A stretch of DNA of 34,735 nucleotides from Candidatus Woesearchaeota archaeon (lineage in GTDB: Archaea; Nanobdellota; Nanobdellia; Pacearchaeales; GW2011-AR1), in NCBI GenBank assembly GCA_964594495.1, contig CAZQLX010000002.1:1-34735 (forward strand), read 5' to 3'. The notes under the pieces are model-generated. The model saw only the letters and a program-made list of their open reading frames with translations, was not told where the DNA came from and did no database searches. The stretch's first letter is position 1. Each line of letters starts with the position of its first letter. Below are positions 17,651 to 26,158 of this stretch, piece after piece. Position numbers and translations under genes: made by a program.

Positions 17651-17700
17651 GTCTTATTTTTTGTTAGTCATGTCATTGATTAGTAGTAAATATGCAAAAG

Positions 17701-17708
17701 TTTAAATA
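17701..17708 (+). promoter_or_regulatory. TATA box (TTTAAATA) for 17730..18185
   Basis: Lies 21 nt before the ATG. Confidence 0.55.
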
Positions 17709-17729
17709 CGAAAGACTGTATAGATACAT

Positions 17730-18185
17730 ATGGGAAACTGGTATGCAGTACATTTACCAAGGGCAGAAAGATTTACGAGTGTAGAGGATGGAAGGTTACC
17801 TAGAGGTTATGAAGATATTGAAAAGATTACTATATCGCATGCGGCTAGTGAAGCGGATGCAATTGGGCAAACTTTACATAGACAGCTTCAAGCATCAGAA
17901 GCGCAGTTAGCGATGGCCCAAATTAGAGATAAATTAGGAGGTTATAAAAAATATTCTACATTCATAGATGATGTATGGATTAAGAAGTCAGATAAAATGA
18001 ATTCTATTGGACCAATTGCAAAATCAGAAGCAAGAGCAGACTTTTTGGCTTATGAAATAGCTAGAAAAGATGGTTGGGAATTGCCATTGCAAGAACATTC
18101 TAATATGGCTTATAAAATAATGCAACAACATCCTGAAACTAGAGTTTGGTTAATGCCTGTGCCAAAAAGACCTACAAATAATTAA
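17730..18185 (+). CDS. hypothetical protein (151 aa) between polB and fen1
   Basis: TTTAAATA (17701-17708) lies 21 nt before the ATG. No motif I recognise. Confidence 0.6.
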   Translation: MGNWYAVHLPRAERFTSVEDGRLPRGYEDIEKITISHAASEADAIGQTLHRQLQASEAQLAMAQIRDKLGGYKKYSTFIDDVWIKKSDKMNSIGPIAKSEARADFLAYEIARKDGWELPLQEHSNMAYKIMQQHPETRVWLMPVPKRPTNN

Positions 18186-18215
18186 GTTTATTATGTCTAA
18201 ATGTTATTGGTCTTT

Positions 18216-19223
18216 ATGGGATTACAGATAGGAGATATCGTACCGAGAAAAGAGGTAAAGTTTGAAGATTTGAAGGGAAAAGTTATTGCAGTTGATGCGT
18301 TTAATGCAATTTATCAGTTTTTGAGTTCTATAAGACAACCGGATGGTACACCCTTGATGGATTCTAAGAAAAGAGTAACTTCTCATTTAAGTGGATTGTT
18401 TTACAGAAATATGGCTTTACTTTCTGAGGGAATAAAATTAATTTATGTTTTTGATGGGGAATATCATGTTTTGAAAGAAAAGACTCATGAAATTAGGAAT
18501 AATGCTAAAGAACTTGCAAAAGAGAAATTTAGAACTGCGCTTGAGGAAGAAGATATAGAACAAATGGGTAAATATGCTAGGGGGTTTGCAAAACTTGATT
18601 CGGAGATGATTGCGGAAAGTAAGGAATTGCTTATCGCAATGGGAATTCCAATTGTACAAGCTCCAGGGGAAGGGGAGATGCAGGCGGCACAATTAGTAAA
18701 AGATGGACAAGCTTATGCAGTCGGTTCACAGGATTACGACGCACTTGCTGTAGGCGCAAAGAGATTAATTCAGAATTTAACTCTTGCTAGGAAAAGAAAG
18801 ACAGTTAGTGGATTTGTATATATCTCTCCTGAAGTAATAGAATATGAGAAAATTCTTAATACATTGGAAGTTGATGGGGATCAACTTATTTGTTTGGCCA
18901 TTTTAGTTGGTACAGATTTCAATCCGGGAGGAGTTAAAGGTATTGGACCGAAAAAAGCGTTAGCTCTTGTAAAGGAAAAGAAATATCCTGTTGAGATATT
19001 CAAAGCACTCGAGGGGAGAGTTGATTTTGATTGGAAGATTGTGTTTGAAATATTTAAGAAGCCTAATGTTAGTAGAGAAAAGGTAGTTTTTCCAAAACTT
19101 AATGAAGATAAGATAAAGGAAATACTTGTTAATAGACATGAGTTTTCTCTTGAAAGAGTGGAAAAGCAGTTTGAGAAAATGAGAGAATTAAAGAAAGAAG
19201 ACGCGCAAAAGAGGCTGTTTTAA
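18216..19223 (+). CDS. fen: flap endonuclease FEN1
   Basis: MGLQIGDIVPRKEV is the canonical FEN1 N-terminus. Also present: VFDG, GEGEMQAAQL, SQDYDALAVGA, and the H3TH motif LVGTDFNPGGVKGIGPKKAL. The TATA-like GTTTATTA lies 20 nt before ATG 18216, so the track start at 18201 is rejected. Confidence 0.95.
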   Translation: MGLQIGDIVPRKEVKFEDLKGKVIAVDAFNAIYQFLSSIRQPDGTPLMDSKKRVTSHLSGLFYRNMALLSEGIKLIYVFDGEYHVLKEKTHEIRNNAKELAKEKFRTALEEEDIEQMGKYARGFAKLDSEMIAESKELLIAMGIPIVQAPGEGEMQAAQLVKDGQAYAVGSQDYDALAVGAKRLIQNLTLARKRKTVSGFVYISPEVIEYEKILNTLEVDGDQLICLAILVGTDFNPGGVKGIGPKKALALVKEKKYPVEIFKALEGRVDFDWKIVFEIFKKPNVSREKVVFPKLNEDKIKEILVNRHEFSLERVEKQFEKMRELKKEDAQKRLF

Positions 19224-20140
19224 TGAAAAAAATAGTTAAGCCTTCAATACATCACATATTTGATCGTACAGTAGATATTATGGCAAGACAGTTTTCTATT
19301 CCTCGAGGAAGATTTCCTAAATTAGTAATAAATAAAGGTAAGGGGGCCAGGTATGAGATAAAATCAAATAAAGTTTATTACGGTGCGAGTAACGGTGATG
19401 CCGAAACTGCTATTTTACTTGGGGAAGAAGTTGCACATTTTGTAAGAGCACATAAAAGAGGCATTAGTGGAAAGGAATTCGAAGAAGGAAGTGAACACGC
19501 TGATGAATTTTTAGGATTTTTAGGAAGTAGGATTGTATATCATGATTTAAGTTATAAAGAAAGAAAGTTTTTGTTTCCTCTAGGTGAACCTTCAATTGAT
19601 AAAGTTTTTCCCAAAGGCAGGGGACCTTATTTGAAATATTTTGAAGGTTGGGGAAAAACTTTGTCTCCCTTTAATAAAGCATATCTTGAATCTCAACGAA
19701 GAAGAGATAGGGCAACAATGCATAAAATTGAAGAAGTTGTAAAAAATCTTGGCATTCCTAAAATGGCCGAAGTAAGAAATAATTTTCTGACTCATTATAG
19801 ACCATATTACTATGCTTCACAAGTTGATCTTGATAGAATAGGCGATTATTCGCAGCTCTTTTCATTACCTGAAAGAGAAATTAGACATAGATTTTTTAGA
19901 GCTGATCCTAAGTATAGAGTGAAAGGCACAATTGAAAGAAAATTGGAAAAAGCAGTAGACACTATGTTACTTGTTCTTTTGCCTGTATTTATTCTGTTCT
20001 TAGTTGGAAATATTCATTATAACTCAAATGTAACTGCAAGCGTTGCAGGAGACTTTTTACTTGGTAATTTGCTCGGAGTAATCGTGTTTGTTTTGATAAT
20101 TGCTTTTGTATACTTTAAGGTTAGAAAGATTAGGGATTAA
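19223..20140 (+). CDS. hypothetical protein with two C-terminal TM helices
   Basis: Its ATG shares one nt with the fen1 stop (TAATG). C-terminal segments LLVLLPVFILFLVG and LLGVIVFVLIIAFVYF look transmembrane. Confidence 0.6.
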   Translation: MKKIVKPSIHHIFDRTVDIMARQFSIPRGRFPKLVINKGKGARYEIKSNKVYYGASNGDAETAILLGEEVAHFVRAHKRGISGKEFEEGSEHADEFLGFLGSRIVYHDLSYKERKFLFPLGEPSIDKVFPKGRGPYLKYFEGWGKTLSPFNKAYLESQRRRDRATMHKIEEVVKNLGIPKMAEVRNNFLTHYRPYYYASQVDLDRIGDYSQLFSLPEREIRHRFFRADPKYRVKGTIERKLEKAVDTMLLVLLPVFILFLVGNIHYNSNVTASVAGDFLLGNLLGVIVFVLIIAFVYFKVRKIRD

Positions 20141-20171
20141 TTACTATTTTAACAAGAGAAAGTAAAAGAGT

Positions 20172-20429
20172 TTAAACTCTTCTGTAACCGATAATCCTAT
20201 TATCTTGATAAATGGGAACTTCTGAAGCTTGTTTGCCTCCCTTAAGACCTTTTTTACCAAAAGACATCATTAATCCAATTAGTAGGATAACAACACCCGC
20301 AATCATAAGATAATTGTTGCTGAAAGAAGCAGGAAGTGTGACGTTTACTGTTTTTTGAACTGTTTCGAATGACAAAAGGACACCTATTGCTCCGATTATT
20401 GTAAGTATGTATCCTATTGATTTACTCAT
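20172..20429 (-). CDS. small two-TM membrane protein (85 aa)
   Basis: Hydrophobic spans plus a basic C-terminus. Confidence 0.5.
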   Translation of the reverse strand: MSKSIGYILTIIGAIGVLLSFETVQKTVNVTLPASFSNNYLMIAGVVILLIGLMMSFGKKGLKGGKQASEVPIYQDNRIIGYRRV

Positions 20430-20549
20430 TTTCCCTCTTTGTTAATGTTTCTTTTGAGGGAATTTTGTATTTAAATGTTTCTGGATCTTTAGATTTATGA
20501 CTTAATTGGAGTTATAAGGATTTTTATAGTTTGTATCTCTTTTTGTTTA

Positions 20550-21176
20550 ATGAAGTATTATAGCAAGAAGAAAGAGCTTTTAATTGAAAATAAAACACTT
20601 AATTACTTAGACAAATTTACCTTAAGCTTTCTAGAAATAATTAAGAAATATACTTCATACGTTATTGTTTCAGGCTATGTATCAATATTACTTGGTAGAA
20701 GTAGAGGTTCAGAAGATGTAGATTTATTGATACCTGATATGTCCCTTGATAATTTTAAAATTATTTTTAAAGATCTTGAAAAAGAAAATTTTGAGTGTAT
20801 AAATACTTCAAATGTAACGGAAGCATATGAGATTTGGCATGATCACGCCATTAAGTTCTGTGAAAAAGGAAAGGTAATACCACATATGGAGTTTAAAATA
20901 ATAAGTAATAACTTGCAGAAATATGCTTTGGATAATAAAGTTTCGGTCAAATTAAATGAAAAGGTAGATTTTTTTATTTCTCCTTTGGAATTACAGATAG
21001 CATTTAAGTTGTCATTAATGCCCGATTCTGATTTTGGTGAAATTAGTTCTGATAAAGATTTCGAAGACGCAAAACATATTTATGAATATTTTAAAGATGA
21101 TCTAGATATGGAAAGATTATTATATTTCGTAAACTTATTGAAAGTGAGAAATAAATTTGATTTATTAATAAAATGA
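20550..21176 (+). CDS. minimal nucleotidyltransferase-fold (Pol-beta superfamily) protein
   Basis: GYVSILLGRSRGSEDVDLLIP matches the G[SG]-x-DxD NTase signature. TTTTTATAG (20521-20529) lies 20 nt before the ATG. Confidence 0.55.
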   Translation: MKYYSKKKELLIENKTLNYLDKFTLSFLEIIKKYTSYVIVSGYVSILLGRSRGSEDVDLLIPDMSLDNFKIIFKDLEKENFECINTSNVTEAYEIWHDHAIKFCEKGKVIPHMEFKIISNNLQKYALDNKVSVKLNEKVDFFISPLELQIAFKLSLMPDSDFGEISSDKDFEDAKHIYEYFKDDLDMERLLYFVNLLKVRNKFDLLIK

Positions 21177-21430
21177 GTGAAAATATTAAAGTCGATTTTA
21201 GTGTACTGAGGAGCGATAAGAAAAAGAATTTTGAAGGTAGAATTTGGTCCATAAAACATTGGGTAAAAAAAATGAAGGAAGTTCAAGATATCGAGTGGAG
21301 CAAAGGTCAAGCAGATTTTATTAATGCTCAGTTCGAAATGTCTGAGAGATTCTATAGGGAATTTGGAAAGACACTAGAAGGAAAAAACGCAATAAAGAGA
21401 ATTATTGATATGAAGAAAGAGACGAAATAG
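21173..21430 (+). CDS. small hypothetical protein (85 aa) coupled to the NTase gene
   Basis: It has an ATGA overlap with 20550..21176. Confidence 0.45.
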   Translation: MSENIKVDFSVLRSDKKKNFEGRIWSIKHWVKKMKEVQDIEWSKGQADFINAQFEMSERFYREFGKTLEGKNAIKRIIDMKKETK

Positions 21431-21466
21431 AGATAGTTATTTAAGCTTAATTTTGCTTTTTTCTAT

Positions 21467-22237
21467 ATGGCAAATTACGATATACTTGGAAACATTGTTG
21501 TTGTGAAATTTAAAAGAGGGGAAAAGGAAGCGAGTAAAAAGAAATTTGGAATTGATTTCTTGAAAAAACATCAGAATGTCACAACAGTATTGGAGAAAAC
21601 TGATAAGTTTTCTGGAAGATTGAGGACATTAAAAACGAAACATGTTGCTGGTGAAAAAACGAAGGAAGTTAGATTTAAAGAAAATAACTGTATTTTTAGA
21701 TTCAACGTGGATAGTTCTTATTTTTCTCCTAGATTAGCAGCAGAGAGGAAAGAAATCGCTGATATGGTGAAAAAGAATGAAGAGGTTTTAGTTTTGTTTG
21801 GAGGGGTTGCTCCGTTTGCTATTGTGATTGCAAAAAATTCTAAAGCAAAAAGAATTGTAAGTGTTGAATTGGGAAAAGAAGCAAGTAAATATGCTGCGGA
21901 GAATGTAAAGATAAACAAAGTTGGTGAAAAAGTTGATGTTTTACAGGGGGATGTAAGAAGAGTGCTACCTAAAATGAGAGAAAAATTTGATAGAATTGTA
22001 ATGGCTAGACCTAATTTAAAAGATTCTTTTCTTGATGTTACTTTCCCTAGAATTAAAAAAGGAATTATCCATTATTACGGCTTTTATGAAGAAGATAAGG
22101 TTAACGAAGTGAAAGAATTAGTTGAAAAAGAAGCAAAGAAGGCAAAAAGAAAGATAAAAATATTAAAAATAAAGAAAGCTGGGGATATTGGAGTAAGAAA
22201 GTATAGATATAGAGTAGATATTAAGGTTTTAAATTAA
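21467..22237 (+). CDS. trm5: Trm5/Taw2 (Met-10+ like) tRNA methyltransferase, short form
   Basis: YFSPRLAAERKEI, SAM site VLVLFGGVAPFAIVIA, and RIVMARPN in place of the NLP loop. Confidence 0.75.
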   Translation: MANYDILGNIVVVKFKRGEKEASKKKFGIDFLKKHQNVTTVLEKTDKFSGRLRTLKTKHVAGEKTKEVRFKENNCIFRFNVDSSYFSPRLAAERKEIADMVKKNEEVLVLFGGVAPFAIVIAKNSKAKRIVSVELGKEASKYAAENVKINKVGEKVDVLQGDVRRVLPKMREKFDRIVMARPNLKDSFLDVTFPRIKKGIIHYYGFYEEDKVNEVKELVEKEAKKAKRKIKILKIKKAGDIGVRKYRYRVDIKVLN

Positions 22238-22262
22238 ATGAAAGAGGCAAAATTAAGTTGAA

Positions 22263-22730
22263 ATGATAAAAGAAATAATTATAGTTTTAGTAGTCATACT
22301 TTATTGGGCATTTGTTTATTATCCATATCATAAAAGAGATTATACTCCTATATCTATAATAGTTGGAGGAGGGATACTTGTTTTTGTAGGAATTTATGGA
22401 TTTGTTTCTGGAATTGTTTCGATTTATAATATTCTTTCTATTGCAATTACTTTGTTAGTTCTTATGGGGATTTCATTTATTTTACTTTTAATAGCCATAA
22501 GAAAGCACGGTCTGAAAACAGATATAGATATAACTTTAACTTGGATAAAGCGTAAACTCGGTAAATCCTGGGTAAATGTGGCGTTGATTATTGCTTATCC
22601 CTCATTGTTTTTTGTAATTGCTGGAACTTATGTTTTGTTAGGAAAGGAATATTATGTTCTTTGGATAATGATTTTTGCGGCCTATATTATTAGCAATGTT
22701 AAATTGTTTGTACGATATATACTAAATTAA
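22263..22730 (+). CDS. integral membrane protein (about 4 TM)
   Basis: Hydrophobicity pattern only. Confidence 0.55.
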   Translation: MIKEIIIVLVVILYWAFVYYPYHKRDYTPISIIVGGGILVFVGIYGFVSGIVSIYNILSIAITLLVLMGISFILLLIAIRKHGLKTDIDITLTWIKRKLGKSWVNVALIIAYPSLFFVIAGTYVLLGKEYYVLWIMIFAAYIISNVKLFVRYILN

Positions 22731-22794
22731 AATTTAATTTTTAAACAAGTTTGTTAAATAGAAATAATTAAAAACCTCTTTTCGATGAGTTAGT

Positions 22795-23628
22795 ATGGAT
22801 TTAGCAAAACCCATTACTCGATTTACAGAAGAAGAAAGAAGACTAGCTCTTTGTATTGATGGTGCGACTAATGAGCGATTTGGTAGGTTAGTTAATGATG
22901 GAAATTTGATGCATTCCAATTTGGAAAATGCTCGCGCAAATGAATTGGAAGGATTGCCTGTATATGGAACATATTTGGCAGCTTTGGGAGAGCAACATTT
23001 TGTTAACTTTTTAAGAAAGCACTGCGAAATTGCTTATCACTTTTCTCATCTTAATTTTACTTTCACGAGACCAGTTTTTACAGAAGAGACTTTTCTTTAT
23101 CGTTCTGTTAAGATTCGAAGGGTAAAAAATGATTGTTTAACATTAGGATCGAGAATTGCAAAAGAAACAAAAGATGGAATTGACGAAGTGGCTGTTTTAG
23201 GTGCTAAAATAGGAAAGGGGGAACGCCCTGCTTTTAAAACTCCAGAAAGAACGAGGGTTTTTGATTCTCATACGACCATAGATGAAAAAACAAGAAAAGC
23301 TTTTTATTCCTTATTAAGAGTTAATGATGAATTTCGAGTTCCTTATTTATTAGTTGCTGCAACAGTTCCTGCTACATTGTTAAATTTAGCTGAGAGTGTA
23401 GGCAATAGAAAAGAAGGTATTGCTGCTTGCTTCGAGGTTACTACTTTCGACGAACCACTCATTGGAAATTATCAAACTGATATTTATTTAGGAGAAGAAT
23501 TAAATAAAATTAATGCTAGCGATGGGTTCTTTTCTCAATTTACAGGAGTTATTTATCGAGAAGACAGAACTAAACCAACTATGTCTGTTTATGCAAGAGT
23601 TTCAACACGAGAGAGATTAAATCTTTAA
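22795..23628 (+). CDS. hypothetical protein, possibly a MaoC-like hot-dog-fold (hydratase-2-type) domain at the N-terminus
   Basis: FGRLVNDGNLMHSNLENA partly fits the hydratase-2 motif, keeping D, N, H and A. It is followed 18 residues after the His by LPVYGTYLAAL, compared with PIVHGMLLASL in PhaJ as I recall it. Confidence 0.4.
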   Translation: MDLAKPITRFTEEERRLALCIDGATNERFGRLVNDGNLMHSNLENARANELEGLPVYGTYLAALGEQHFVNFLRKHCEIAYHFSHLNFTFTRPVFTEETFLYRSVKIRRVKNDCLTLGSRIAKETKDGIDEVAVLGAKIGKGERPAFKTPERTRVFDSHTTIDEKTRKAFYSLLRVNDEFRVPYLLVAATVPATLLNLAESVGNRKEGIAACFEVTTFDEPLIGNYQTDIYLGEELNKINASDGFFSQFTGVIYREDRTKPTMSVYARVSTRERLNL

Positions 23629-24927
23629 TTCTATCTTTACAGATGTTGGGGCTTCTCCACCATGCCAGGTGAATTTTGGCCGAACACGAATAGGATAAAT
23701 TCTTTCTGAATTATCATCAAGAAGAATGGCGGACCCTTTTAAAGCCGGGAGGTCATCTATTTGTTTACGAATGTTTTCTAAGAGATATGTCTGCATTACT
23801 TCGTTGAGAGCTTCTATATCTGGTTTTGCTGTAACTCTGTGAGATAAAACAATATCTGCTTGCGTGAGTGCATCGGAATGGAGTTTTCCGGGCTGTTGTG
23901 TTGCCATAACTAAAGAAATACCTGGTTGACGACCTTCACGAAGAAGTTGAATTAAAGCATCTGTTGCCGGAGTTTTTTCATCTTTGCCAAGAAATTCATG
24001 AACTTCATCTATGAAAACCCAAACAAGAGGTTCTTTTCTTGTTGATTTATATGCTAGATAGTCTTGACCATGTTGAATTGCTTCTAATTCTTCTTTTTTT
24101 CGTGCATCAAGACGAGACTTGTATATTTTTCTGCATACAAGTGAGATAACAAGTGCACGAATGTTGAAAGCACCGATTGAACTGTAAACACTTGTGTCAA
24201 GAATTGTTGTGGTAGCAGGAGTTAAGAGATCTGAGACTTCAGTTCCTTCTGTTGAGAGAGCGAAAATTCCCCAGGATAAGGCGGCTTTGAATAAAGCCGC
24301 TACAATATCTTTTGTGTCTCTATTAGCATGATGGTCTTTTTCTATTTGATGTTGAATGTCTTCTATTGTGAATTCATTTGATTTTAGTTTTAGTTCGGTA
24401 ATAACATTTTCTATTAAAACTGCGGGGAGAGTTGTAAATTCCAAATTAAAAACAGTAAGCCAATCTTCTGCTTCTAATTCTGACGCTTTCAGGGCGAAAG
24501 TTTCATCGAAAGGAATTGATTTTGCTTTGTAATCTTGTACTTTTCCAAAGGGGACAAAGACCTTTACTGGAAGATTTTTTGCTTTAAGGTCCCATTCATC
24601 TAAAAGAAGAGAATCTTTTTCGTTTTTGTACTTCATTGTCCAGAATATTCCCATTGTATCAAAGATTAATGAGGCAATATTTTTTCCACTTTCTGATGGG
24701 AGATTAGATAGTTCTTCTGCGATAACACCCAAACTATAGGATTTTCCTTGACCTCTTTTTCCAGCTATAAGAACTACGTGACTTCTTGCTATATCCATCC
24801 ATATTTTATTGCTTAAAGAAGTATATTGACCCATTTTAACATAACCTTTACCAATATAGATTAGCCCCTTATCACCGAATTTTTCTTTATCTGCTGTATC
24901 TCTGCCAATTATTATATCGTATGCCAT
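23617..24927 (-). CDS. HerA/FtsK-superfamily (DUF87-like) P-loop ATPase
   Basis: Walker A GKRGQGKS, Walker B LVWVFIDEVHEF, and REGRQPGISLVMATQQP. The start is set at MAYDIIIGRD (ATG 24927) because the first 44 codons of the track ORF run into the divergent promoter. Confidence 0.8.
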   Translation of the reverse strand: MAYDIIIGRDTADKEKFGDKGLIYIGKGYVKMGQYTSLSNKIWMDIARSHVVLIAGKRGQGKSYSLGVIAEELSNLPSESGKNIASLIFDTMGIFWTMKYKNEKDSLLLDEWDLKAKNLPVKVFVPFGKVQDYKAKSIPFDETFALKASELEAEDWLTVFNLEFTTLPAVLIENVITELKLKSNEFTIEDIQHQIEKDHHANRDTKDIVAALFKAALSWGIFALSTEGTEVSDLLTPATTTILDTSVYSSIGAFNIRALVISLVCRKIYKSRLDARKKEELEAIQHGQDYLAYKSTRKEPLVWVFIDEVHEFLGKDEKTPATDALIQLLREGRQPGISLVMATQQPGKLHSDALTQADIVLSHRVTAKPDIEALNEVMQTYLLENIRKQIDDLPALKGSAILLDDNSERIYPIRVRPKFTWHGGEAPTSVKIELKI

Positions 24928-25030
24928 CTTTTTCTGTATTTTAACGAAGACGAGGTTTATTAATATTTGTTTATAAAGAAGTGAATAATCTTTCCAAAGA
25001 TTTTTAAAGGGGAGATTGTAGGAAAGAGAG

Positions 25031-26098
25031 ATGGTTGAAAAAAGGACGAATAAAAGCACCGATAAGATTAAAAGCGAAGAAAAGAAAGTCGAGGAAAAAG
25101 TAGATGTAACACATTCTACACCTCTGGAAAGCTCGAGTGATACAATAGAAATTCCTGTCGGTAAAATGTTAAATTCTGTTAGAACAAATCCTTGGCTTAT
25201 TACAAGCGCGGTTTTAGGTTTGGCGGTAATTGCTTTGATAATTATTTTAGCAGTTGGCGGTAATGGAATAAGTGGGAATGCTGTTGCAGGAACAGTGAGC
25301 GAAAAGGTTGCTGGAGATAATTTAGTTTCGTTTATTAATGCTCAAGGAAGCGGATCTGCAACGCTTGTGAGTACAGTTAAAGAAGGCTCTTTGTACAAAA
25401 TCATTGTTAATTATCAAGGAGAAGACATTCCGGTTTACGTAACATTAGATGGAGATTATTTAGTGAGTGATAGGATCCCTTTGTCGGCGCAACCTGGCCA
25501 GAACGGGACATCTCCACCACCAAGTAATGAAAGAGTAGAAGTTACTGTTGGAAACAGTCCTACGTTAGGAAATAAAACTGCATCTGTGACCCTTGTTGAA
25601 TTTTCAGATTATCAATGTCCGTTCTGTAGAAAATTCTGGCAAGACACTTATTCTCAATTGAAGAAAGATTATATTGATACAGGAAAAGTAAAGATTGTTT
25701 TCAAAGATTTTCCACTTGATTTCCATCCAGGGGCAATTCCGTATGCTGAAGCGGCAAGATGCGCAAGAGAGGTCGGCGGCGATGCGGCTTACTGGAAGAT
25801 GCACGATAAATTATTTGAAGAGCAAAATAAACTTGATGGGGGAAGTGTACAATCTACAGTGACTTATGTTGGAGATGAAACATTGAAAAAATGGGCTAAA
25901 GATTTAGGTTATACTATTGATAGCTGTTTAAGCTCTGGAAAATATAAAAATGATATTCAGGTAGATCTGGCTTATGGACAAAGTGTTGGAGTTTCAGGAA
26001 CACCAGGATTCTTTATAAATGGACAAATTATTGAAGGTGCTCAACCTTACTCTGTATTCAAACAAATGATTGATGCTGAATTAGCCGCAAGCGCTTAA
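25031..26098 (+). CDS. membrane-anchored DsbA-like thiol:disulfide oxidoreductase
   Basis: TM segment WLITSAVLGLAVIALIIILAV, active site FSDYQCPFCRKFW, and cis-Pro loop GVSGTPGFFINGQ. TTTTTAAAGG (25001-25010) lies 20 nt before the ATG. Confidence 0.85.
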   Translation: MVEKRTNKSTDKIKSEEKKVEEKVDVTHSTPLESSSDTIEIPVGKMLNSVRTNPWLITSAVLGLAVIALIIILAVGGNGISGNAVAGTVSEKVAGDNLVSFINAQGSGSATLVSTVKEGSLYKIIVNYQGEDIPVYVTLDGDYLVSDRIPLSAQPGQNGTSPPPSNERVEVTVGNSPTLGNKTASVTLVEFSDYQCPFCRKFWQDTYSQLKKDYIDTGKVKIVFKDFPLDFHPGAIPYAEAARCAREVGGDAAYWKMHDKLFEEQNKLDGGSVQSTVTYVGDETLKKWAKDLGYTIDSCLSSGKYKNDIQVDLAYGQSVGVSGTPGFFINGQIIEGAQPYSVFKQMIDAELAASA

Positions 26099-26158
26099 TA
26101 ATTAATTATATCTTTCCAAAATAATAATGCTTATAAGCTTCTTTTTTTTAATGACAAT

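Noticed and set aside
17682-17690. TTACTACT core of the 17-mer motif also present upstream of polB (minus-strand reading)
   Set aside because: A 6-8-mer of this composition is expected by chance a few times in about 3.5 kb of AT-rich intergenic DNA. Only the 16/17 match at the same offset was kept as a finding.
21173-21430. HEPN-like Rx4-6H motif (RIWSIKH) in the small ORF after the NTase
   Set aside because: The motif lies near the N-terminus of an 85-aa protein. HEPN domains are ~110-130 aa with the motif toward the C-terminal helix, so this is likely a chance match.
22795-23628. Idea that this protein is the NurA partner of the adjacent HerA-like ATPase, based on a CIDGA motif resembling the NurA (I/V)DGS catalytic strand
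   Set aside because: The gene is convergent with the ATPase rather than co-directional. The protein is shorter than NurA. Only one short motif matches, whereas the MaoC-like match covers a longer stretch with correct spacing. The idea is kept only as something a structure search would settle.
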